A stretch of DNA of 64,000 bases, taken from Vicinamibacteria bacterium. GTDB taxonomy: Bacteria > Acidobacteriota > Vicinamibacteria > Marinacidobacterales > Marinacidobacteraceae. The DNA lies in assembly GCA_964291235.2 (NCBI GenBank), contig OZ219816.1:384001-448000 (forward strand), in the 5' to 3' direction. Under the pieces are notes generated by a model, which saw nothing but the letters and a program-made list of their open reading frames with translations, was not told the DNA's origin and ran no database searches. Shown here piece after piece: positions 25,946 through 34,320 of the stretch (position 1 is the stretch's first letter; each line of letters opens with the position of its first letter). The position numbers and the translations under genes were made by a program.

Positions 25946-28792
25946 GGAGGCCCGGCGGGCTGCCGGCGCCGGGGCCAGGATTTCGCGCAGGTACCGACCG
26001 GTCCAGGACTCGGCGTTCCGGGCCACGGCTTCCGGAGTCCCGCAGACGACGAGCTCGCCGCCGCGCCCTCCGCCGTCGGGCCCCAGGTCCACGAGGTAGT
26101 CGGCGGTCTTGATGACGTCCAGGTTGTGTTCGATCACCACCACCGTGTTGCCGGCGTCCACCAGGCGGTCGAGCACCCGCAGGAGACGGGCGATGTCGTC
26201 GAAGTGCAGGCCGGTGGTCGGCTCGTCGAGGATGTAGAGGGTGTCGCCGGTGGACCGCTTCGCCAGTTCGCGAGAAAGCTTGACCCGCTGCGCCTCGCCT
26301 CCGGAGAGCGTCGGCGAGGGCTGTCCCAACCGGATGTAGCCGAGCCCCACGTCCTGGAGCGTCTCGAGAATGTGGAGGATGCCGGGTTGGGAGCGGAATA
26401 CCGTGACAGCCTCGCTCACGGTGAGATCGAGGACGTCGGCGATGGACCGGCCCTGGTACCGAACCGTGAGCGTCTGGTCGTTGAACCGCCGTCCGCTGCA
26501 GACCTGGCAGGTCACGAAGACATCGGCCAGGAAGTGCATCTCCACCCGGATCACCCCGTCCCCCTGGCAGTGCTCGCAGCGTCCGCCGGGCACGTTGAAC
26601 GAGAAACGCCCGGGCCGATAGCCCTGGGCGCGGGCTGCCGGCAGGGCGGCGAACAGCGAACGAATGCCGTCGAACACTTTCGTGTAGGTCGCCGGGTTGG
26701 AACGCGGAGTGCGGCCGATGGGGGACTGGTCGATGTCCACCACCCGGCCGACGCGTTCGATCCCCTCGATGTGCGAGTGCCGGCCCACGGGGCGCTCCGA
26801 GCGGTGGAGCGCGCGGGCGAGCGCCCGGTAGAGAACCTCGTACACGAGGGTGCTCTTCCCGGCGCCCGAGACACCGGTGACGCAGGTGAACGTCCCGAGC
26901 GGCACCGAAACGTCCACCTTCTTCAGGTTGTTCGCGCGCGCCCCCACGATGCGGATCGAATGGCGGGCGCTCCGGCGGCGCGCCGGGATCGTGATGTCGA
27001 GGTCTCCCCGGAGATAGCGTCCGGTGAGCGACTTCGGTTCGTTCTGGATCTGAGCCGGAGTTCCTTCCGCCACCACCTCTCCGCCATAGACGCCGGCGCC
27101 CGGGCCGAAGTCCAGCACGTAGTCCGCCGACTCGATGGTTTCCCGGTCGTGTTCGACGACCACCACGGTGTTGCCGATGTCGCGCAGCCGGTGCAGCGCT
27201 TCGAGCAGCTTCCCGTTGTCGCGCGGGTGGAGCCCGATGGAGGGCTCGTCCAGAATGTAGATGACCCCGGTGAGTTCGGAACCGATCTGGCTGGCCAGCC
27301 GGATGCGCTGAGACTCACCGCCGGACAGGCTCGGCGCCAGGCGCGCGAGCGACAGGTACCCGAGGCCCACGTCGGCGAGGAAGCGGAGCCGGTTCCGGAT
27401 CTCCTTCAGGAGCTCCGCCCCGATCACGCGCGCGGTGCCCTCGAGTTCGAGGTTCGCCATGAAGTCGAGCGCGTCCTCGATCGCCATCGAGGAGATGTCG
27501 GCGATGGTTCGGTCGGCCACGGTGACCGCGAGCGCCTCCGGCCGCAATCGGCTGCCCCCGCAGGCGCGACAGGAGCGGCTCGAGAAGAAGCGTGCGTAGT
27601 AGCGGCGCGCCCGATCGGAAGAGGTTTCCCGCATGCGGCGGGTGAGCAGGTTGAGGAGGCCTTCCCAGTGGACCGCCCGGGAACTCCGCTGGTACTTGAC
27701 GGGAATCCGCTCGCGGCCGGCGCCCCACAGGATGATCTTGCGCTTGCCGGCGGCGAGGCGCGCCCACGGGCGGTCGAGGTCCACCTCGAAGCGTTTCGCG
27801 ACGCCCCGGATCACCGTCGCCTCCCAGCCGTCGCGGTCCGCGAACCGGCCCCAAAACGCCACCGCGCCGTCATTGATGCTGAGACGGGTATCGGGAACCA
27901 CGAGGTCCTCGTCCACCTCGCTCCGGGCGCCGAGGCCGTTGCACTCCTTGCACATCCCCTGGGGACTGTTGAAGGAAAAAAGCTGCGGGGCGATCTCGGG
28001 GAACCCGATGCCGCAGCTCGGGCAGCCGTTCTTCTCCGAGAAGATCCGGTCGGTTGCCTCGCCTTCGACCGCGGCGATCACGATGCCGTCACCCTCGCGG
28101 AGCGCGGTCTCGACCGAATCGGTGACCCGTCCGCGCCATTCTTCACCGGCCGAGTCCTTCCGGGTCAACCGGTCCACCACGATCTGCACGTTGTGCTTCT
28201 TCCGCTTTTCGAGGGCGGTGACCTCCTCGACGAGCCGAACCTCCCCGTCGATCCGGGCCCGGGAGAAACCGCGCCGGAGGATGCTCTCCAGCGTGGAACG
28301 GAACTCGCCCCGACGGTTTTCCAGGACCGGCGCGAGGAGCAGAAAGCGTGAACCGGGAGGCAACTGCGCCAGTTCCTCCACGATTTCCTGCGCGGCCTGC
28401 GGACTGACCCCGCGCCCGCAGCGCGGGCAATGCGCCTGCCCGATGCGGGCGAAGAGCACCCGGAGGTAGTCGGAGATCTCGGTGATGGTTCCGACCGTGG
28501 AGCGCGGGTTGTGGCTTGCCGATTTCTGATCGACCGAGATGGTCGGAGAGAGCCCCTGGATCGTGTCGTAAAGGGGCTTGTCCATCTGCCCCAGGAACTG
28601 GCGGGCGTAGCTGGACAGCGATTCGACGTAGCGGCGCTGGCCTTCGGCGTAGAGGGTGTCGAGCGCCAACGACGACTTTCCCGACCCCGAAACCCCGCTC
28701 AGGACAACGAGGCGCTTCTTCGGAATGCGAACGGTAATGTTCTTGAGATTGTGTTGCCGGGCGCCCCGCACCACGATGGTGTCGGGCTCCAT
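25943..28792 (-). CDS. uvrA: Excinuclease ABC subunit A
   Basis: GARQHNLKN, two ABC cassettes (GVSGSGKSS, GVSGAGKST), Zn fingers, LSGGEAQR. Confidence 0.98.
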   Translation of the reverse strand: MEPDTIVVRGARQHNLKNITVRIPKKRLVVLSGVSGSGKSSLALDTLYAEGQRRYVESLSSYARQFLGQMDKPLYDTIQGLSPTISVDQKSASHNPRSTVGTITEISDYLRVLFARIGQAHCPRCGRGVSPQAAQEIVEELAQLPPGSRFLLLAPVLENRRGEFRSTLESILRRGFSRARIDGEVRLVEEVTALEKRKKHNVQIVVDRLTRKDSAGEEWRGRVTDSVETALREGDGIVIAAVEGEATDRIFSEKNGCPSCGIGFPEIAPQLFSFNSPQGMCKECNGLGARSEVDEDLVVPDTRLSINDGAVAFWGRFADRDGWEATVIRGVAKRFEVDLDRPWARLAAGKRKIILWGAGRERIPVKYQRSSRAVHWEGLLNLLTRRMRETSSDRARRYYARFFSSRSCRACGGSRLRPEALAVTVADRTIADISSMAIEDALDFMANLELEGTARVIGAELLKEIRNRLRFLADVGLGYLSLARLAPSLSGGESQRIRLASQIGSELTGVIYILDEPSIGLHPRDNGKLLEALHRLRDIGNTVVVVEHDRETIESADYVLDFGPGAGVYGGEVVAEGTPAQIQNEPKSLTGRYLRGDLDITIPARRRSARHSIRIVGARANNLKKVDVSVPLGTFTCVTGVSGAGKSTLVYEVLYRALARALHRSERPVGRHSHIEGIERVGRVVDIDQSPIGRTPRSNPATYTKVFDGIRSLFAALPAARAQGYRPGRFSFNVPGGRCEHCQGDGVIRVEMHFLADVFVTCQVCSGRRFNDQTLTVRYQGRSIADVLDLTVSEAVTVFRSQPGILHILETLQDVGLGYIRLGQPSPTLSGGEAQRVKLSRELAKRSTGDTLYILDEPTTGLHFDDIARLLRVLDRLVDAGNTVVVIEHNLDVIKTADYLVDLGPDGGGRGGELVVCGTPEAVARNAESWTGRYLREILAPAPAARRAS

Positions 28793-28964
28793 GGACTTTC
28801 CGGGAGTCTAAAGGCTGGGAGCGCTGCTCTTCACGGCCGGCGAGGGCCGCGAAACGGCCGGGACGCGCACCGATCCGGCGGCCCGCCTCCGGAGGCGGCC
28901 GGCGGCCACCGACGCCATAAAATCTTCGCTTCCTCTCCCCTCGCAAAGGTCCGTCACCCCGCCC

Positions 28965-29897
28965 ATGAACAACTCCTCCGCCATCGGCTATGACCAGCCG
29001 CTCTTCATCCAGCCCTTCGATCACCGGGGCAGCTTCACGAAGGCCTTCTTCGGCTTCCGCGGCGCCCCGGAAATCTCGCCCGGCGGCGACGGATTCGCGC
29101 CGGTGGCGGCGGCGAAGAGCCTGATCTACCGCGGCCTCCTGCAGGCGATCGAGGGCGGCCTCGCGAAGGAGCAGGTCGGCATCCTGGTGGATGCCCAGTT
29201 CGGCAGCCAGATCCTTGCGGATGCCGGGGCGCGCGGCATCCCGCGGGCCGTCTGCATCGAAAAGAGCGGCCAGCCGGTCTTCGACTTCGAGTACGGCGCC
29301 GGCTGGGTGAACCACATCCGGTTTCACAACCCGGACATCGTGAAGGTGCTGGTGCGCCTCCATCCCGACGACCCCGCTCCCGACACCGCGCAGCAACTCA
29401 CCCGCCTGAAGCTGGCGTCCGAATACCTGCACGGCCCGGAACGCAGGCTCTTCATGTTCGAGCTGCTGGTGCCGGCCACCACCCCCGAGGACAAGGAGGC
29501 CGGCTCGGCCTACGACCGCGATCTGCGGCCCGGGCACATGGTGCGGGCCATCCACCTGATCCAGGACTTCGGCATCGAACCCGACATCTGGAAGATCGAA
29601 GGAGTGGACCGCCGGGAAGACGCGGCGCGGGTCGCGGCGGCCGTCCGGCGCGGGGCGGGCCGGGAGCGCGTCGGCTCCATCGTGCTGGGACGCGGTTCCG
29701 ACGCGGCGCAGGTCCACGAGTGGCTCCGGGTCGCCGCTCCGGTGGACGGTTTCATCGGGTTCGCGGTGGGGCGCACGAACTTCCGCGAACCGCTCGCCGC
29801 CCACCTGAACGGCGAACTCGGCGAAGCGGACGCCATCGCGCAGATCGCCGCCAACTACCGCTCCTGCGTGGACACCTGGCGCGCCGCCCGCGGCTAG
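28965..29897 (+). CDS. DUF2090 / IolC C-terminal aldolase-like protein
   Basis: PFDHRGSF, GILVD.QFG, VKVLV, ELLVP, PDIWKIEG, VLGRG, GFAVGRT. Confidence 0.85.
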   Translation: MNNSSAIGYDQPLFIQPFDHRGSFTKAFFGFRGAPEISPGGDGFAPVAAAKSLIYRGLLQAIEGGLAKEQVGILVDAQFGSQILADAGARGIPRAVCIEKSGQPVFDFEYGAGWVNHIRFHNPDIVKVLVRLHPDDPAPDTAQQLTRLKLASEYLHGPERRLFMFELLVPATTPEDKEAGSAYDRDLRPGHMVRAIHLIQDFGIEPDIWKIEGVDRREDAARVAAAVRRGAGRERVGSIVLGRGSDAAQVHEWLRVAAPVDGFIGFAVGRTNFREPLAAHLNGELGEADAIAQIAANYRSCVDTWRAARG

Positions 29898-30079
29898 CAG
29901 CCTGTGGTGGAACTCACGCGGCATTCGACGCCCGCTGAATCCCCGCTGAACCTCTCGCCTTCGGCTCGATCATCGTTGCGCTTCGGTCGAAATACGCTCG
30001 GTATTCCTCCCTCGCGCGCCTTGTCAGCGAGGCCCAGCGTGTGTCTCGGTGCTCACGCGAGTTCCACCACAGGCTGCTA
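29895..30079 (+). mobile_element. 185-bp MITE-like element, copy 3 (most divergent)
   Basis: TAGCAGCCTGTGGTGGAACTC ... GAGTTCCACCACAGGCTGCTA perfect 21-bp TIR; same length and core as copy 1. Confidence 0.8.
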
Positions 30080-30156
30080 ACGGTTACCGAACCGCGGCGA
30101 CGGCCCGGACTTCCGGGTTGAGACGGCTGCCCGGACTTCGGTAGGCTGCGGGGGCT

Positions 30157-30289
30157 GCCCCGCGGGGACGGCGGGCCTCGGGAGGCTTCGGCCTCCGGCA
30201 TCCGTGCGCACATGACGCACCCTGCCCCTTAATTGAGGAGCCGAGCCACCAAACAAGTGGCCAATGCCGCCCGTCGTCCCCTCGGGGGC
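30157..30289. ncRNA. Candidate structured non-coding element (long closing stem, UUCG hairpin, 72-nt four-way junction)
   Basis: GGGGACGGCGGGC/GCCCGTCGTCCCC closing stem; GGAGGC-TTCG-GCCTCC; GGCAT/ATGCC enclosing three hairpins. No family recognised. Confidence 0.45.
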
Positions 30290-30308
30290 TGCGCTACGGA
30301 CGCGAACG

Positions 30309-31778
30309 TCAGCGCTTCGCGGCGGATCGAGCCGCCTCGACCAACCCGGACACGCGGTCCACGGTCTCCTCGAGCGTGAGGTCGCTGGTGTCCAGCACGC
30401 GGGCGTCCTTCGCCCGGCGGAGCGGAGCGACGGCCCGGCCGGAATCCGTGTGATCCCGGTCGCGGAGTTCGGACTGGACCGTGCCCACGTCGCGGTCGCC
30501 CTCGTCCGACGAGCGGCGCCGCGCCCGGACCTCCGGGCGGGCATCCAGGAACACCTTGACCGGCGCGTCGGGGAAAACCACCGTGCCGATGTCCCGGCCC
30601 TCGACGACGCCCCCGGCCGCCGCAAACTGGCGCCAGCGTTCCACCAACACCTCGCGCAGCTCGGGGTGGACGGCCACCCGGGAGGCGCCCGCCGAGACCT
30701 CCGGAGCGCGAACCGCCTGGGACACGTCTTCGCCGTCGAGGAAGACGCGGCCTTCCGGATCCAGGATGACGCGGTAGGCGAGGATGCGCAGCGCGGGGCC
30801 GTCATCGAGATCCATTTCCTGCCGCATCGCCGCGAGCGCCACCGCGCGCACCGAGGCGCCGGTATTGAAGTAGGCAAGCCCGAAGCGCTCGGCGACGGAC
30901 CGGGCCGCGGATGTCTTCCCCGAACCCGCCGGGCCGTCGATCGCGACGACGAAGGCCGCCGGGCCGGTCGGAGCCGGGGGAGCCGACGGTTCCGGGCCCG
31001 ACGACTTGCGGGACGTCGCGGCTTCTCCTGAACACCGCTGGATCAACTCCCGGAGTTCCTCCACCTCGGCCGCGCCCAGTTTCCGCCAGTTCCCCGGGGC
31101 GAGCCCGGTGTCCGCCAGGCAGCCGATCCGGGTGCGGTGCAACTCGAGGACCGGATGGCCCAGGACGCTGAGCACCCGCCGGATCTCCCGGTTCCGTCCC
31201 CCCCGGAGGGTCACCCGGAGGCGCGCCCGGCGCTTGGCCGGGGCGCGGTGCGGGAAACGGGCGATGACCTCGACCTGGTCGAGCCGGAGCCCCTCGCCAT
31301 CGACCCGGATTCCGCGCTGCGCCCGGTCGAGCACATCCTCTTCGGGAAGTCCGCGAACGGTCGCGTAGTAGGTCTTCGGGAGCCGGTAGCGGGGATGGGT
31401 GACGCGCTGCGCCAGATCCCCGTCGTCGGTGAGCAGCACGAGTCCCGAGCTGTTGCCGTCCAGCCGTCCGACCGGAACCAGCGACCGGAAGGAATGCGGG
31501 AGGAGATCCATCACCGTGGGCCGCCGGCCCGGGTCCGAGCGGGTGGTGAGATGGCCGATGGGCTTGTTGAGAACCAGGTAACGCCGGGGCCTGCCCAGCT
31601 TGCGAAGGCGCGCGCCGTCCACCCGGATGTCCTGAAGCGCCGGGTCGGCGCGCACCCCGGGAACCCGCACGACCTCCCCGTCCACCGTGACCCGCCCCTC
31701 GGCGATCATCGCCTCCGCGCTGCGGCGGGAAGCGATCCCGGCGGCCGCGATCAGCTTCTGGAGCCGCTCGGCGGTCAT
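30309..31778 (-). CDS. rluB-cmk: Fusion of RluB-type pseudouridine synthase and cytidylate kinase
   Basis: N-terminal ERLQKLIA.AG.ASRR S4 domain, PVGRLD, GRNREIRR; C-terminal IDGPAGSGKTS, EGRDIGTVVFPDA, RDH.DS.R..APL. Confidence 0.9.
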   Translation of the reverse strand: MTAERLQKLIAAAGIASRRSAEAMIAEGRVTVDGEVVRVPGVRADPALQDIRVDGARLRKLGRPRRYLVLNKPIGHLTTRSDPGRRPTVMDLLPHSFRSLVPVGRLDGNSSGLVLLTDDGDLAQRVTHPRYRLPKTYYATVRGLPEEDVLDRAQRGIRVDGEGLRLDQVEVIARFPHRAPAKRRARLRVTLRGGRNREIRRVLSVLGHPVLELHRTRIGCLADTGLAPGNWRKLGAAEVEELRELIQRCSGEAATSRKSSGPEPSAPPAPTGPAAFVVAIDGPAGSGKTSAARSVAERFGLAYFNTGASVRAVALAAMRQEMDLDDGPALRILAYRVILDPEGRVFLDGEDVSQAVRAPEVSAGASRVAVHPELREVLVERWRQFAAAGGVVEGRDIGTVVFPDAPVKVFLDARPEVRARRRSSDEGDRDVGTVQSELRDRDHTDSGRAVAPLRRAKDARVLDTSDLTLEETVDRVSGLVEAARSAAKR

Positions 31779-32449
31779 TCGGAGCCGTCCCCGCTCCCGG
31801 GTCCGCCGGCGGGGGCGGTCTCGGGCTCTGTCTCGGGTTCCGCGGCCGGAGCCGGGACGGCAGCCGCCAGCGCCTGCTCGAACTCCTTGAGCTTCGGCAG
31901 GTCCTCCAGCCGATCGAGTTCAAAACGTTCCAGGAAGTCCTTCGTGGTCCCGTAAAGGAGCGGGCGGCCGACCACCTGCTTGCGGCCCCGGGAGCGGATC
32001 AGCCGGTGTTTCATCAGCGTGGCGACCACGCTCTGGGAGTTCACGCCGCGAATCGCGTTCAGTTCGGGCACCGTGACCGGTTGCCGGTAGGCGATGACCG
32101 CGAGCGCCTCGAGCGCCGCCTCGGTCAGGGCCTGCTCCCGCTTCGGAGCGATGAGGCGCTCGATGGCCTCCCCCCACTCCAGCCGGGTGGTGAGCTGGAA
32201 GCCGCCCGCGATGCGGGCGAGCCGGAGTCCGGATTCGAAGGCCGAATACCGCGTTTCCAGAGCGGCGAGGGCCGCGTGCACGGCCTGCTGGTCGGTGTCG
32301 AGCACTTCCGCCAGCCGCTCGGCGGTGACCGGCGCCCCGTGCGAAAAGAGCAGCGCCTCCAGCGCGCCGGCGAGCCGTTCCCCGTCCAGGACGGGAGCGG
32401 CCGCCGCTTCCGCGTCCGGGGCGGGGACTGTCTCGGACACCGGCATCAC
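31775..32449 (-). CDS. scpB: SMC-Scp complex subunit ScpB
   Basis: LEALLF, LT.AALE.LA.IAYRQPVT..E...IRGV, GRPLLYGTT..FL..F.L. Confidence 0.95.
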   Translation of the reverse strand: MMPVSETVPAPDAEAAAAPVLDGERLAGALEALLFSHGAPVTAERLAEVLDTDQQAVHAALAALETRYSAFESGLRLARIAGGFQLTTRLEWGEAIERLIAPKREQALTEAALEALAVIAYRQPVTVPELNAIRGVNSQSVVATLMKHRLIRSRGRKQVVGRPLLYGTTKDFLERFELDRLEDLPKLKEFEQALAAAVPAPAAEPETEPETAPAGGPGSGDGSE

Positions 32450-33276
32450 TCGGGCGCCAGCCCCGCGATGCGGATCGGGCCGAAGTTTTCCTCCTGGGCC
32501 ACCGAGATCCGGCGCCCGCGCGCCAGTTCCAGAATCGCCAGGAACGCGGCGACCAGGGTTCCGCGATCCACGTTGCCCTCGATCACCTCGAAGAGCAGCT
32601 CCTCGAAGTCCTGTTCGACGCCGGGGGGCACCGCCGCCTCGATGCGTCGGATCAGCACCGCCATGGAAATCCGGCGCTGGGGAATGGGCACCCGGGGGCG
32701 CGAACGCGCGCGGACGACGACGCGCCGAAACGCCTCGACCACCGCGAAGAGGTCCACCTGCAGCAGGGTTTCCCGCTCGGCGGCCTCCGCGTCACCGGCC
32801 ACCACATCGGTCTCCACGAAGCCCAGCGAGGGCCGCCGGACCCACACCGAACGGCGCGCCTCGAGACTCTCCCGCAACTGGCGGGCCGCCTCCTGGTAGC
32901 GCTCGTAGTCGCGGAGACGGTCCTCGAGTTCGGCGAGCGGGTCCGCCTCCGATCCCGAGACCGCCGGAACGGGCCGGGGGAGCAGGCGCCGCGCCTTGAT
33001 GCGAAGCAGCGCGGTCGCCATCTTGAGGAACTCGGACCCCACGCGGAGGTCCAGCATCTCGAGCAGTTCGAGGGTCTCCAGGTACTGCCGGGTGATGGAA
33101 GCGATCTCGATCCGCAGCGGATCGGCGTGGCCTTCCCGCACCATGCGGAGGAGCAGCTCCAGCGGTCCGTCGAATCCGTCTTCCGCGGGGGCGTCGTCAC
33201 CACCGTCGAAGCGGATGTGAAACCCCTGACCGGGGATCCCGAGTCCGGTCTCGGGCTGGTAGAGGACCGCTTTCAT
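32446..33276 (-). CDS. scpA: Segregation and condensation protein A
   Basis: FDGPLELLL, IT.QYL, EFL.MA..LL.IKAR.LLP, FLAILEL. Confidence 0.93.
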   Translation of the reverse strand: MKAVLYQPETGLGIPGQGFHIRFDGGDDAPAEDGFDGPLELLLRMVREGHADPLRIEIASITRQYLETLELLEMLDLRVGSEFLKMATALLRIKARRLLPRPVPAVSGSEADPLAELEDRLRDYERYQEAARQLRESLEARRSVWVRRPSLGFVETDVVAGDAEAAERETLLQVDLFAVVEAFRRVVVRARSRPRVPIPQRRISMAVLIRRIEAAVPPGVEQDFEELLFEVIEGNVDRGTLVAAFLAILELARGRRISVAQEENFGPIRIAGLAPE

Positions 33277-33286
33277 CCGATCGGTT

Positions 33287-34306
33287 TCAGGCGACCGGCA
33301 GGCGCACCGCGGCGCGCACCCGCTCCATCGTGGCGCCGGCCGCCTCGGACGCTTCCCGCCTGCCGGCGACCAGGACGTCCCGCACGTCGTCGGGACGCTT
33401 TTCGTATTCCCGCCGCCGCTCGCCGATGGGCGCCACCTCGGCCACCAGGTGGTCGGCCAGCGCGTTCTTGCACTGGATGCAGCCGATCTCCGCCGACCGG
33501 CATCCCTGGGCGGCCCAGTCCTTCGTCTTCTCGTCGGAGAAGATGCGATGAAGATCGAAGACGGGACACTTCGCCGGATCTCCGGGATCCTTGAGCCGCT
33601 TGCGGGCCGGATCGGTCATCATCGTCTTCAGCTTCTTCCGGACCGAGCCCTCGTCCTCGGCGACGCCGATGACGTTGCCGTAGCTCTTGGACATCTTCCG
33701 GCCGTCGGTTCCGGGCAGGCGGGGCGACGGGGTAAGCCGAACATCGGGCTCCCTGAGCACCTTGCCGTAGAACTGGTTGAACCGGCGCGCGATTTCGCGG
33801 GTGAGTTCCACGTGCGGCTTCTGGTCCTCGCCGACCGGAACCACCGCGGCGTCGTACATGAGGATGTCCGCGGCCTGGAGCACCGGATATCCCAGGAATC
33901 CGTAGGTGAAGAGGTCCTTCTCCTTCAGCTCCTTGATCTGTTCCTTGTAGGTCGGAACCCGCTCCAGCCAGCCAAGCGGGACGACCATGGAGAGGAGCAG
34001 GTGGAGTTCGGCGTGCTCGGGAACCTGGGACTGCACGAACAGGGTGCAGCGCTTCGGATCGAGCCCCACCGCCAGCCAGTCGGTGGCGATCTCGAGGGTG
34101 CTGTGCCGGAGGTCGCTGGTATCCCGGTAGTCGGTGGTGAGCGCGTGCCAATCCACGATGCAGTAGAACGCGTCGAACTGGTCCTGCATCGCCACCCAGT
34201 TGCGGTAGGCGCCCACCAGGTGTCCGAGGTGCGAGGACCCGGTGGGCCGCATCCCGGAGAGGAGGCGCGGGCGCCCGCTTCGTGGTTTGGGTTCGTTGTC
34301 AGGCAT
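33287..34306 (-). CDS. trpS: Tryptophan--tRNA ligase
   Basis: SGMRPTG.HLGH, YPVLQAADIL, VPVGEDQ, KMSKS. Confidence 0.97.
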   Translation of the reverse strand: MPDNEPKPRSGRPRLLSGMRPTGSSHLGHLVGAYRNWVAMQDQFDAFYCIVDWHALTTDYRDTSDLRHSTLEIATDWLAVGLDPKRCTLFVQSQVPEHAELHLLLSMVVPLGWLERVPTYKEQIKELKEKDLFTYGFLGYPVLQAADILMYDAAVVPVGEDQKPHVELTREIARRFNQFYGKVLREPDVRLTPSPRLPGTDGRKMSKSYGNVIGVAEDEGSVRKKLKTMMTDPARKRLKDPGDPAKCPVFDLHRIFSDEKTKDWAAQGCRSAEIGCIQCKNALADHLVAEVAPIGERRREYEKRPDDVRDVLVAGRREASEAAGATMERVRAAVRLPVA

Positions 34307-34320
34307 GAGCCGTCGGCATT

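Noticed and set aside
30100-30142. GAAGTCCGGGC twice on the minus strand, resembling the RNase P RNA GAAAGUCC motif
   Set aside because: The other conserved regions are missing and the space is too short for rnpB.
30197-30268. tRNA gene
   Set aside because: Cloverleaf-like but lacks the TTCRA T-loop, GG D-loop, 7-nt anticodon loop and CCA; kept only as an unclassified structure.
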